Assembly: GCA_947307295.1 (NCBI GenBank)
Contig: CAMZIQ010000001.1
Span: 104,968 to 168,967, forward strand
DNA length: 64,000 bases
Direction of reading: 5' to 3'
Source: an uncultured Pseudomonadota bacterium
GTDB lineage: Bacteria > Pseudomonadota > Alphaproteobacteria > Rs-D84
In this document: piece after piece, positions 9,799 through 18,881 of the stretch
Layout of the letters: every line of letters begins with the position of its first letter
Numbering within the stretch: the stretch's first letter is position 1
Made by a program: the position numbers and the translations under genes
Notes under the pieces: model-generated
Told to the model about the DNA's origin: nothing
The model's input: the letters and a program-made list of their open reading frames with translations, nothing else
Database searches by the model: none

Positions 9799-10965
9799 CT
9801 ATACTTCTAACGCTTTAATACCAGGCAATTCTTTGCCTTCGATAAATTCTAAAAATGCGCCACCACCAGTTGAAACATAGGTCATATCGCCATGCACATC
9901 AATTGCGTCCAGCGCAGCCACAGTTTCACCACCACCAACTATACTTTTTATCTTTCCCATCTTTGTATAATGTGCCAAATCACGAGCCAAAGCGAATGAA
10001 GCCCGTCCCCACACAGCACCCCATTCTGCCATACCAAAAGTTCCGTTCCAAATAACAGTTTTTGCATCTTTTAATAATTCGCTGTTGCGCGCGATTGTTT
10101 TATCACCATCGTCAATAATTACATCATCATCTTTGACTTCGTCTGCATCACGATTTTCACGTTTGGCATTTTTATCAAAAACTTTGCCAACCCCTTTATC
10201 CAAAGGCAACAAAATTTCACAATTATGTTCCCGCGCTATGTTCATTATTTCCAATGCTGTATCTGCCATAGTTGGTTCATACAACGAATTCCCCACAGGC
10301 TGACCCATTGCGAAATTAAAAGTCGTCCCCAGCGCACCACCAACAACAACCCTGTCAGCAATCGTCACCAATTTTTTCAACACACCTATCTTAGAAGAAA
10401 CCTTAGCACCACCAACAAAAGCGACAAGTGGATGTTCAGGCTTTTCCAAAACACGCGATATATTTTCAATCTCACCGACCAATAAATCACCTGCAAAAGA
10501 CGGCAAATATTTAGTCACACCAACCAAACTTGCCGCCGCCCTGTGCGAAACTGCAAAGGCATCATTTACATAAATATCAAAACCATTTGCCAATTCGCGC
10601 GCAAAAGAATCATCGTTTTCTTCTTCGCCAATATAAAAGCGCAGGTTTTCCATCAACACAACATCACCGTTTTTCATATTCGACAGAAAATCTTTGCGCA
10701 AACAATCATCTACAAAAGGAATATTCATATATTCAGCAATCGGGCGCAAAGAAAACGCTTCATCACGTTTACCCTTTGGTCGACCAAGATGAGCACATAT
10801 AACAACACGCGCACCATTGGAAATTAAATGCTTAATCGTAGATTGCGAAGCATCAATACGAAAAGTGTCCGTGATTTTTCCGTTTTCAATTTGCACATTA
10901 AAATCATCACGCAACAAAACATATTTACCATGAACAGAATTATAATCAACTTTTCGTATCGGCAT
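9799..10965 (-). CDS. pgk: Phosphoglycerate kinase
   Basis: 388-aa product with conserved PGK blocks (VVICAHLGRPKG, GGGETVAALD, STGGGAFLEF). Confidence 0.95.
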   Translation of the reverse strand: MPIRKVDYNSVHGKYVLLRDDFNVQIENGKITDTFRIDASQSTIKHLISNGARVVICAHLGRPKGKRDEAFSLRPIAEYMNIPFVDDCLRKDFLSNMKNGDVVLMENLRFYIGEEENDDSFARELANGFDIYVNDAFAVSHRAAASLVGVTKYLPSFAGDLLVGEIENISRVLEKPEHPLVAFVGGAKVSSKIGVLKKLVTIADRVVVGGALGTTFNFAMGQPVGNSLYEPTMADTALEIMNIAREHNCEILLPLDKGVGKVFDKNAKRENRDADEVKDDDVIIDDGDKTIARNSELLKDAKTVIWNGTFGMAEWGAVWGRASFALARDLAHYTKMGKIKSIVGGGETVAALDAIDVHGDMTYVSTGGGAFLEFIEGKELPGIKALEV

Positions 10966-10992
10966 TTTTTCTCCTTTGCCTTGAAAAAACTA

Positions 10993-11250
10993 TCAATAAG
11001 ATTTTATATAAAATTCATTACATGCACGATACATCGCTGCCTCTTCGGGACTCTCTGCAATATTTTCAATAAAATGATGCTTTATTGAATCGCTTGAACG
11101 ATATGGACGTGGTTCATTCAATACTCTACAAATCTCACGAAATGATTCTTTGGTTGGTCTTGCATGTCTCCATGAATAATTATCCTCATGCTTTTTCAAA
11201 TCAATCTTGCTGTCTTTTACATCATAATTTTCTTTTATAGTTTCAGACAT
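10993..11250 (-). CDS. Small hypothetical protein (85 aa)
   Basis: ORF between pgk and rnhB on the same strand. No recognisable motif. Confidence 0.3.
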   Translation of the reverse strand: MSETIKENYDVKDSKIDLKKHEDNYSWRHARPTKESFREICRVLNEPRPYRSSDSIKHHFIENIAESPEEAAMYRACNEFYIKSY

Positions 11251-11302
11251 AATTTGCCCCTTTGTTTACACTTAAAAATTATACATTTTTTATGTAAAAA
11301 AG

Positions 11303-11929
11303 TCAAGATTTTTCGCAAATTTCCAGGATTTTTTTCACTGGTCCAAATGTCTTTCGATAATGTTCATTTACGCCATATTTTTCAATCGCATGTAAATGTT
11401 CTGGTGTTGGATAACCTGCGTTTTTATCCCAAGCATATTCAGGATATTTTTTTGCTAAATCTTTCATTAATCTATCACGCGTCACCTTTGCAACAATGGA
11501 AGCCGCCGCAATAGATAAAGATTTAGCATCACCCTTTACCACCGCTTCACCTGTCAAATTTTTCGGCACACGATTTCCGTCAATCAGACAATATTCAGGT
11601 TTTATATTCAAATTTGAAACAGCCCTTTCCATCGCGCGCATCGAAGCCCACAAAATATTTAATTCATCGATTTCCGCTGGCGAACAAGAACCAGTCGACC
11701 AAATAATATTTGGATTACTAATTATCCAATCATACGCGATATCACGTTGCTTTTCACTCATTTGTTTAGAATCAGATATAATCGGCATATCATCGAAATC
11801 ACACTTTAAAAAAACAACAGCCCCCGCAACCACAGGTCCACATAGTGGTCCACGCCCTGCTTCATCAACACCTGCAATTATTTTTTTGCCACAAATTTTC
11901 TCGATAGAAAAATCAGGAACACTTCGCAT
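11303..11929 (-). CDS. rnhB: Ribonuclease HII
   Basis: GVDEAGRGPLCGPVVAGAVV N-terminal catalytic motif. 208 aa. Confidence 0.9.
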   Translation of the reverse strand: MRSVPDFSIEKICGKKIIAGVDEAGRGPLCGPVVAGAVVFLKCDFDDMPIISDSKQMSEKQRDIAYDWIISNPNIIWSTGSCSPAEIDELNILWASMRAMERAVSNLNIKPEYCLIDGNRVPKNLTGEAVVKGDAKSLSIAAASIVAKVTRDRLMKDLAKKYPEYAWDKNAGYPTPEHLHAIEKYGVNEHYRKTFGPVKKILEICEKS

Positions 11930-11931
11930 AA

Positions 11932-13659
11932 TTATAATGACGCTTTGTCAAAAGTATTGTTTATAACATATTCATCTTCGCTGTTATAATACGGCCATTT
12001 ACCATCCGCCAATTCTTGCAAGGCAGTCAAAGGCTGATTAAGTCTTGCACGATACAGCCACAAATTAGACATCACACGTTTAATATAATATCTTGTTTCA
12101 TATGCAGGGAAACTTTCTATGTAAAGTAATGGATCTTTGGTAGAAAAACTTTTTTCAAACTTTGCCAAATTTCCAATACCAGCATTATACGCAATCAACA
12201 TTTTGATAATATTATTTTTCACCAAATCTTGTTGCAATAAATCTACAATAAATTGCTGACCCAAAAACATATTATGTTCAGGATTTGCCATATCAATATC
12301 AGACATTTTCACAGAATTTTTACGCGCGACCAATTTCGCAGTCTTTGGCATTAATTGCATAACCCCATTTGCACCGACATTTGATTTCGCAGTTGATTTA
12401 AAATTACTTTCCTGTTTTGTAATTGCCAAAAGCAACGCCCTGTCGATAGACCAACCACCCATAGGTTCCCAATTAGGAAGCGGATATTGCGCTGAATAAA
12501 TAATATCATCATTGATTTCTAAAATCCCCCTGTCGCGCATAACACCTGAAACCAAAATGGAAACGCTTGGCAAACCATACATCGAAGACACAGCATTCAC
12601 AGCATGCAACATTTTATCCGAAGACTTTGCCGTCACCAAATATTTTAAATATTGTTCAGCCCTGTCTTTGCGGCCGACCTGAATCAAAGCCAACGCTTTT
12701 TTTCCATATTTATTTTCACGCAAAGTCACGATATCTTCATCAGAACATTCTTGGTCAAAAAATTCATATTCAGGTTTATTGCCCAACATAGTCGATGCCA
12801 ACGCACCATAAAAAGACATAGGATGAGTTGCGGCGATTTTCCAAAACCTTTCAGCTTCGCTGCTGTCCCCATTTATATCAGCTGCACGCCCTGCCCAGAA
12901 AGCAGCTTCGGTCTTTCGGGCATTATTAATTTGAGTTAAATCTAAAATTTGACCGAAATATTTTTGCGCTTCTTTATATTTTTGTTCTTTGAAATAAAGC
13001 AATCCCATAGACCACAAACCATATTCCGATTTAGCATCACTAGCAACAAACCCCCATTTTTTAGCCAATTCATATTCGCCATTTGTGTAATAAAGGAACG
13101 ACAAACGACCCGCCAATCTGCCATAATCAGCTTCGGAAATTTTTGATTTAAAAGATTTATCTTCCAAAATTTTACGTGCAGATTTTGAAGAGCCGGAACG
13201 TATAGCCTTTCTAAACTTTGTTATGTTTTTCGTCACTTTTTCATTATACTGTTTAACGGTCCAAGTTTCAGATTGAGCCGCTTCGATATATTCTTTACCC
13301 GTCACGATGCTCGGCATAGCGGGTTTACGCACAGATGCTTTTTTTAACTTTGCAATTTTAGCCAATCTTTCAGAACCAGGCATATCGTTATACCTAGAAA
13401 GCCAATTTTGCAATTCTGTGCCACGTGTATGATAAGTCTTTGAAATATATCTTTGATATAAAACTTCGTTCATCAAAAATTTATCAGTTAATTTAACTTC
13501 CAATTTTTTGGCTGCATCGATTTTTTCTTTATCCTGCAACATAAATATTTGTGCATAAAGTGCCGCATCTTCATCTGTTAAAATATCAACAGATTCTATT
13601 GCCACCGATACAAGTGGGCATAAAACCAGCATTAAAAATGTAAATATTTTTTTTATCAT
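11932..13659 (-). CDS. slt: Soluble lytic murein transglycosylase (Slt70-like, SLT domain). The track ORF extends to 13779, but the signal peptide MIKKIFTFLMLVLCPLVSVA suggests the start is at 13659
   Basis: C-terminal SLT catalytic block ITKQESNFKSTAKSNVGANGVMQLMP and TPR-like superhelical N-terminal region. Confidence 0.85.
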   Translation of the reverse strand: MIKKIFTFLMLVLCPLVSVAIESVDILTDEDAALYAQIFMLQDKEKIDAAKKLEVKLTDKFLMNEVLYQRYISKTYHTRGTELQNWLSRYNDMPGSERLAKIAKLKKASVRKPAMPSIVTGKEYIEAAQSETWTVKQYNEKVTKNITKFRKAIRSGSSKSARKILEDKSFKSKISEADYGRLAGRLSFLYYTNGEYELAKKWGFVASDAKSEYGLWSMGLLYFKEQKYKEAQKYFGQILDLTQINNARKTEAAFWAGRAADINGDSSEAERFWKIAATHPMSFYGALASTMLGNKPEYEFFDQECSDEDIVTLRENKYGKKALALIQVGRKDRAEQYLKYLVTAKSSDKMLHAVNAVSSMYGLPSVSILVSGVMRDRGILEINDDIIYSAQYPLPNWEPMGGWSIDRALLLAITKQESNFKSTAKSNVGANGVMQLMPKTAKLVARKNSVKMSDIDMANPEHNMFLGQQFIVDLLQQDLVKNNIIKMLIAYNAGIGNLAKFEKSFSTKDPLLYIESFPAYETRYYIKRVMSNLWLYRARLNQPLTALQELADGKWPYYNSEDEYVINNTFDKASL

Positions 13660-13660
13660 A

Positions 13661-14161
13661 TCAGAACAAAGAAGTCTTTGGTAATTCACAAACGATTGCA
13701 TCTTCATCAGCTTCTGGTATTTGGCTGATAATCTTTTTAAAATCTGAAACCTTAGAAAATTTTCTGTAAACCGAAACAAATCTTATAAACGCGATTGGGT
13801 CAAGATTCAACAAAGAATCAGACACCATTTGTCCAACCTGTGCACTGGTCACGGTTTCATCAGCACTTTCTGTTTCCAATCTGCGTTGAATAGAAGCAAC
13901 CAATTTATCAATCTGTTCATCACGAACATCACGATTTCGACAAGCCAATTTAATAGAACGAAATAATTTTTCCCGGTCAAAAGGTTCAGTTTTTCCGCTG
14001 TTTTTGATAACAATCAAATCGCGCATTTGAATACGTTCCACAGTCGTAAATTTTGCACCACATTGATTACAAACACGTCTGCGACGAATAATCGCATCAC
14101 CACTATCTGGGCGGGAATCCGCCACACGACTATCAGTAGAATTACAATATGGACATCTCAT
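13661..14161 (-). CDS. nrdR: Transcriptional repressor NrdR (start taken at MRCPYC rather than the upstream track Met)
   Basis: Zinc ribbon MRCPYCNSTDSRVADSR...CNQCGAKFTT followed by an ATP-cone region. Confidence 0.9.
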   Translation of the reverse strand: MRCPYCNSTDSRVADSRPDSGDAIIRRRRVCNQCGAKFTTVERIQMRDLIVIKNSGKTEPFDREKLFRSIKLACRNRDVRDEQIDKLVASIQRRLETESADETVTSAQVGQMVSDSLLNLDPIAFIRFVSVYRKFSKVSDFKKIISQIPEADEDAIVCELPKTSLF

Positions 14162-14348
14162 AATTACAAAGATTAGAAAAAATTCACGCACAAGTAAAGC
14201 AGAATTTACATGCAAAAAAATGCTTTTTTAAAAAAATCAAGTGTTTTTTTTACTTGCCCGATTCGCAACACACTTTTTTCTAGGGTGAAAATATGGTAAA
14301 ATACGTAAAAAGATTGGGAATTTTAAAAGCCCAGAGGAAAGAGAAAAA

Positions 14349-15449
14349 ATGCAAAAATATCTGAATCAGATTTTGTGCGGTGATTGTATTGAAATTATGC
14401 GCAATATCCCAGACGCGTCTGTTGACGCGGTTTTTGCAGATTCACCATATAATTTACAATTGGGCGAAAAAACGCTTTACAGACCCGAAGATCAAACTGC
14501 CGCACGCGCAGTCCGTGACAATTGGGATTCTTTTAAATCTAATGCTGAATACGATGAATTTACTCGCAATTGGATGCGTGAATGTAAACGCGTATTAAAA
14601 CCAGACGGTGCGATGTGGGTTATTGGTTCCTATCATAACATATTCCGTGTGGGTGCTATATTACAAGACATGGGTTTTTGGATATTAAATGACATAGTTT
14701 GGGTAAAAACAAATCCTATGCCGAATTTTCGTGGAACGCGATTTACAAATGCTCATGAAACGTTAATTTGGGCAACGCCGACCAAGACTGGTAAATATAC
14801 ATTTAATTATGAAACCATGAAGAAATTAAACGGTGGGAAACAAATGCGTTCAGATTGGGATATAAATATATGCTTGGGCGAAGAACGTATCAAAGATAAA
14901 AACGGCAAAAGTCTGCACAACACGCAAAAGCCTATGGATTTATTGCGTCGTGTGATTTTATCTTCGACAAAGCCAGGCGATATTATTTTGGACCCTTTTG
15001 TTGGTTCTGGCACAACAGCAGCCACCGCGAAAGAATTGGGTCGTCAATATATTGGCATAGACCGCGAAGAAAGTTATGTATCTGCGGCACGCGCACGTGT
15101 TGATAATATCACACCAATTGATTTGTCTGACATTGAAGTCAGCGCACCGAAACGCGATGCTGTCCGTGTCAGCTTTAACGAATTGATTGAAAGTGGTTTA
15201 TTATATGTCGGTCAAACATTGGTTGGTCCACGTGGTGATCGTGTTATGATTACACACGATGGTCAATTAATGCATACATTATATGGCAAAGCATCAATTC
15301 ATGTTATGGCGGCACGTATACAGCACAGCGTCAGCTTTAATGGCTGGGATTATTGGTCTGCGGAAAAGAAAGATGGGTCATTAGTTGCCATTGATGAAAT
15401 ACGTAAATATGTCCGTGACATAAAATCTAGTATGAAAAAAGCCGCATAA
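14349..15449 (+). CDS. ccrM: CcrM-like beta-class N6-adenine DNA methyltransferase with C-terminal extension
   Basis: Motif IV FADSPYN near the N-terminus and motif I DPFVGSGTTAATA afterwards, i.e. beta-class order. About 80 aa of C-terminal non-catalytic domain, as in Caulobacter CcrM. Confidence 0.85.
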   Translation: MQKYLNQILCGDCIEIMRNIPDASVDAVFADSPYNLQLGEKTLYRPEDQTAARAVRDNWDSFKSNAEYDEFTRNWMRECKRVLKPDGAMWVIGSYHNIFRVGAILQDMGFWILNDIVWVKTNPMPNFRGTRFTNAHETLIWATPTKTGKYTFNYETMKKLNGGKQMRSDWDINICLGEERIKDKNGKSLHNTQKPMDLLRRVILSSTKPGDIILDPFVGSGTTAATAKELGRQYIGIDREESYVSAARARVDNITPIDLSDIEVSAPKRDAVRVSFNELIESGLLYVGQTLVGPRGDRVMITHDGQLMHTLYGKASIHVMAARIQHSVSFNGWDYWSAEKKDGSLVAIDEIRKYVRDIKSSMKKAA

Positions 15450-15519
15450 CATTTCATCCATATATTCTAAATTAATTCTCCCCCCAGCATAGGGGAGCGC
15501 GGCGTAGCCGGAGGGGGTT

Positions 15520-15556
15520 AAAAAAACAGCCAATTATTTGGCTGTTCTTTTATTTT
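15520..15556. terminator. Bidirectional rho-independent terminator between ccrM and the convergent secreted protein gene
   Basis: Hairpin aacagcc-aattattt-ggctgtt flanked by an A-run and a T-run. Confidence 0.55.
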
Positions 15557-15571
15557 AAACATTATACATGC

Positions 15572-17719
15572 TTATGGGTTAACAAAAGGAACCACAACAG
15601 CAGGAATTACCGGCACAGGGAATTTCTGCAACATAATAGTTTCATTTCCTACACAAGCTGTCCCAGCCTTTTTACATGCACCCGTGACATTTTCATAAAC
15701 ATCTTTGTTATGCAATGTTTTGGTCTTTAAATTGATAGTCACTTTTTCACAGTCCATCAATCTGCTGTTAAATTGACGGCAAGCCTGATGCCAAGATTCC
15801 CAATCTGTGACGACAGCCGTTGGTGACAAATAATCAGGCAAATTCAAATTCCATTTCACATAGAAATCTTTCAAAGTATCGATTGTATGTGATTTGCCAT
15901 ATCCCACAGAATTCAAACCATCGCCGACTTTGCAAGTAATATTGCTGCGTTCGACCAAAGCGGTAATTCCAGTCACAATACCACCAACACCAGCACCTGT
16001 GACAGTACCAATCGCGATACCTTTGCCAACATCTTTACCTTTGTCAGCATCAACAACTTCACCCCTGTCAACACCAGCATTCACACCGATAGTGCTTAAC
16101 AACGATCTCAGACGAGCAATCTGTCCTTGAACAACAGATGCTCTCAAGCATTGCCACTTTGGCTTACACACAGGGTCATTTTCTTTATTTATCACATTCA
16201 ACGGTTTAAACGTACAATGTTCATAAGCTTTTTTCGCATTTTCACAACCTGCTTTCACGGTAGCCTCTATACAACCTAGTTCACATCCATTTGCACCAAC
16301 ACCAATGTTAATAATACGTTCAGCTTCCCTCTGCTCAATTCCTGCATTCTTCAAAGCATCTTCACAAAGTTTCATTCTTTCTTCATAAAGCGCTATCCTG
16401 TCATACAATTGATAAATTTTTTTACACGCCTCTTCGTCTATACCAGTTTCAGTCTGTTGAAAATCAATATCTTCACATTCTATATCATCAATTTTTATTC
16501 CGGTTGTGTCATCAACTTTACCATTACAAAAATAAGTTTTTAACACTTCTGTTTTATGAAGTTTGGCAATCTTGTCCGCCAAGTTTTTACGATACGTTTC
16601 ATCTTCACAAACAGATTTGTACTTTTCTTTTTCTACTTTCTTATTATCATCAACTTTTTTATCATAAACCGCTTTACCAACCAAACCACCGACAAGCGCA
16701 CCTGCACCTGCACCAACCGGCACACTGATAAGTGCAGCAGATTTCGTTTTATTCATCAATGAAAAATCAAACAAATCTTTGTTGCAAATAAATGTGCCAC
16801 CAGATTTCTGCCATACTTCTGCAACAGAATCATCACCAAATCCCAACCATTTATTTGTAATCAAATTATCTTTGTTATATGCCGCAACACGAATTAAACA
16901 TTCAGCATTTTTCGCATCCCAACGCGCATAATGTCCGCGATTACCATCGTATCCGGTGGTATTAACCTCTACCCCCTGGGGATTGTCTTTTGTTTCTTTA
17001 CCATTATTGGCTTCGTTATACGCACCAACTTTATTTTGATATTCTGTAGCAACTTCATTAATATCTGACACAGCCGCAAACGAAGAACCATATGTATTTC
17101 TGTCCAACAACAAACATGTGTTTTCAGCCTGATTCGGAGTCAAACCAGTTTTACGCAAAACAAAGTTATAATATTCTGGTTGAATCACGCGCGAATTGAA
17201 ATCAAGCCACACATCAGGTGTTTCATTATAAACATTACGGCAATTTATACGAACTTCTTTAACACATTGGTCGACAACTGTCTGACAAAGGCTCATCCCT
17301 GTCATAATAGAATTACGAACATCTTGGTCAAACAAATCGCGCATTCCACCCTGCAAAGAGCCATTTTCCACACATCTTTGCAAATCAGCCATACACATAG
17401 CAACTGTATATTGAGAATTTTCCACACCCCCATCTGGGCAATTACTGGGCGTTGGGTGATCTGGATGGTCTGGATGATCCGGATTATTTGGATTATTTGG
17501 GTTAATAGTTGGCAAACCATTGTTCTGTCCACCATGACCGATAGTTGTCACCGCAGGATTTCCAATCGTGTTTAATGTCACAGTCGGCATAGTCGGCATA
17601 CGTGCAGAGCTGCCACCACCGTTTGAACCGGTACGACCAGTTGCAGCATTAGCGCCACAAAAAGCCCCAAAAACCGCGATACTTACCACAGATTTCCCGA
17701 ACAAATTCAATATTTTCAT
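15572..17719 (-). CDS. Large secreted cysteine-rich protein (715 aa) with a NPN/HPD repeat segment and Gly-zipper-like segments; divergent relative of the Cys-rich family
   Basis: Signal peptide MKILNLFGKSVVSIAVFGAFCGANA. NPNNPNNPDHPDHPDHP encoded by tandem DNA repeats near 17440-17500. Many Cys pairs. GAGAGALVGGLVG and GTVTGAGVGGIVTG segments. Confidence 0.6.
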   Translation of the reverse strand: MKILNLFGKSVVSIAVFGAFCGANAATGRTGSNGGGSSARMPTMPTVTLNTIGNPAVTTIGHGGQNNGLPTINPNNPNNPDHPDHPDHPTPSNCPDGGVENSQYTVAMCMADLQRCVENGSLQGGMRDLFDQDVRNSIMTGMSLCQTVVDQCVKEVRINCRNVYNETPDVWLDFNSRVIQPEYYNFVLRKTGLTPNQAENTCLLLDRNTYGSSFAAVSDINEVATEYQNKVGAYNEANNGKETKDNPQGVEVNTTGYDGNRGHYARWDAKNAECLIRVAAYNKDNLITNKWLGFGDDSVAEVWQKSGGTFICNKDLFDFSLMNKTKSAALISVPVGAGAGALVGGLVGKAVYDKKVDDNKKVEKEKYKSVCEDETYRKNLADKIAKLHKTEVLKTYFCNGKVDDTTGIKIDDIECEDIDFQQTETGIDEEACKKIYQLYDRIALYEERMKLCEDALKNAGIEQREAERIINIGVGANGCELGCIEATVKAGCENAKKAYEHCTFKPLNVINKENDPVCKPKWQCLRASVVQGQIARLRSLLSTIGVNAGVDRGEVVDADKGKDVGKGIAIGTVTGAGVGGIVTGITALVERSNITCKVGDGLNSVGYGKSHTIDTLKDFYVKWNLNLPDYLSPTAVVTDWESWHQACRQFNSRLMDCEKVTINLKTKTLHNKDVYENVTGACKKAGTACVGNETIMLQKFPVPVIPAVVVPFVNP

Positions 17720-17834
17720 AGTCTTTCCCCCAAATTCTTATAAACATATTATACCATACAAGCGATATTAAAAAAAGTTTTTTTTAACATTTTTTTAAAA
17801 AATATTTATTTTCATTAAAATTTTATTAAAAATA

Positions 17835-17862
17835 TTGACAAATCATTTTTATTGTCTATAAT
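17835..17862 (+). promoter_or_regulatory. Candidate sigma70 promoter (-35 TTGACA, 16-nt spacer, -10 TATAAT). It would place the TSS at or within 1-2 nt of the ATG at 17869, giving a leaderless mRNA
   Basis: TTGACA at 17835-17840 and TATAAT at 17857-17862. The ATG is at 17869 and there is no room for an SD. Confidence 0.35.
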
Positions 17863-17868
17863 ATCGGT

Positions 17869-18825
17869 ATGAAAAAGATTTTTGAATTTTTAAAATCGAA
17901 TCCAATTATTGTTGCTTGGACAATATGGTATTTTACTATTGTCTGGTTTATTTTGCAATTCATATTCAACTTTGACATGTTTTCTTACTATTATTGGCAC
18001 AGATTTTTTCATTCTTCCTTGCATGGTTTTGGTGGTTTTATGTTTGGCACAATCGTATACGCATCTTTGCCAATGTATATTGCTACAACAATAACAGTAT
18101 ATCGTAAAAAAGAATTTGTTATACCTGTCCCATTTTCAAAAACAGCATCTTCGATTTTTTCAAAAATATTCCCAACCAAAAACGAACCTGTACCAGAAAC
18201 AATCGCGATTGAACCAGAACCAGAAAAAACATCTGAACCAGAATACCCAGCCGATTTACCACCTGAATTACGCGTTCCTTTTAAACGCGCACTAAATCGT
18301 TTACCGCTGACATCTGGTGTATCTGCATACAATCAACCAAACATGTCTATTAAAAAAGCACTTAATCCAGAACCCGAAAAAGAAAATTCACCGATGCCTA
18401 TACCGATGGATTTTGATATTTCTGACGAAATACCAACCGATATGAACGATTCGGTGCCTACATTCACAGATATAAATTTTGACACACCTATTATGACTGA
18501 AAAAGAATTAGAAAACGACACTACAAAATATTTGAAAAAGAATAACATAGAATATGAAACTTATCGCGATTATGTCGCAACTGAAAAATTTGTGATATAC
18601 GAACATAATGACGAAGAATTTTGGGTAATGGATGGCGATTCATGGTTTGCTGCTGGAAAACAAAAAGATTCACCAATACCAGAATTATTAAATCTGGCAA
18701 AACAAAATAATTTAAAGCCTGTTATTTATCTGGCATCACAAAACATCATGGATATAGATAACACAATTAAAAACTTTGAATCAATGGGTATTCATGTTAT
18801 AAAAAAACTGGATGAATTAGTCTAA
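17869..18825 (+). CDS. Hypothetical membrane protein with two N-terminal TM helices and a Pro/Glu-rich linker
   Basis: Hydrophobic segments WTIWYFTIVWFILQFIF and FGGFMFGTIVYASLPMYIATTITV. PEPEKTSEPEYP low-complexity stretch. Confidence 0.55.
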   Translation: MKKIFEFLKSNPIIVAWTIWYFTIVWFILQFIFNFDMFSYYYWHRFFHSSLHGFGGFMFGTIVYASLPMYIATTITVYRKKEFVIPVPFSKTASSIFSKIFPTKNEPVPETIAIEPEPEKTSEPEYPADLPPELRVPFKRALNRLPLTSGVSAYNQPNMSIKKALNPEPEKENSPMPIPMDFDISDEIPTDMNDSVPTFTDINFDTPIMTEKELENDTTKYLKKNNIEYETYRDYVATEKFVIYEHNDEEFWVMDGDSWFAAGKQKDSPIPELLNLAKQNNLKPVIYLASQNIMDIDNTIKNFESMGIHVIKKLDELV

Positions 18826-18881
18826 CCCAATTCATCCAGATTTAATTCATTATTCGTCAAAACTTACTGTTTTTGTAATGA

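Noticed and set aside
15450-15520. GC-rich palindromic stretch ctcccccc...ggagggggtt after ccrM as a separate regulatory element or small RNA
   Set aside because: Short, and immediately adjacent to a clear bidirectional terminator. More simply part of a compound terminator structure, and there is insufficient evidence for anything more.
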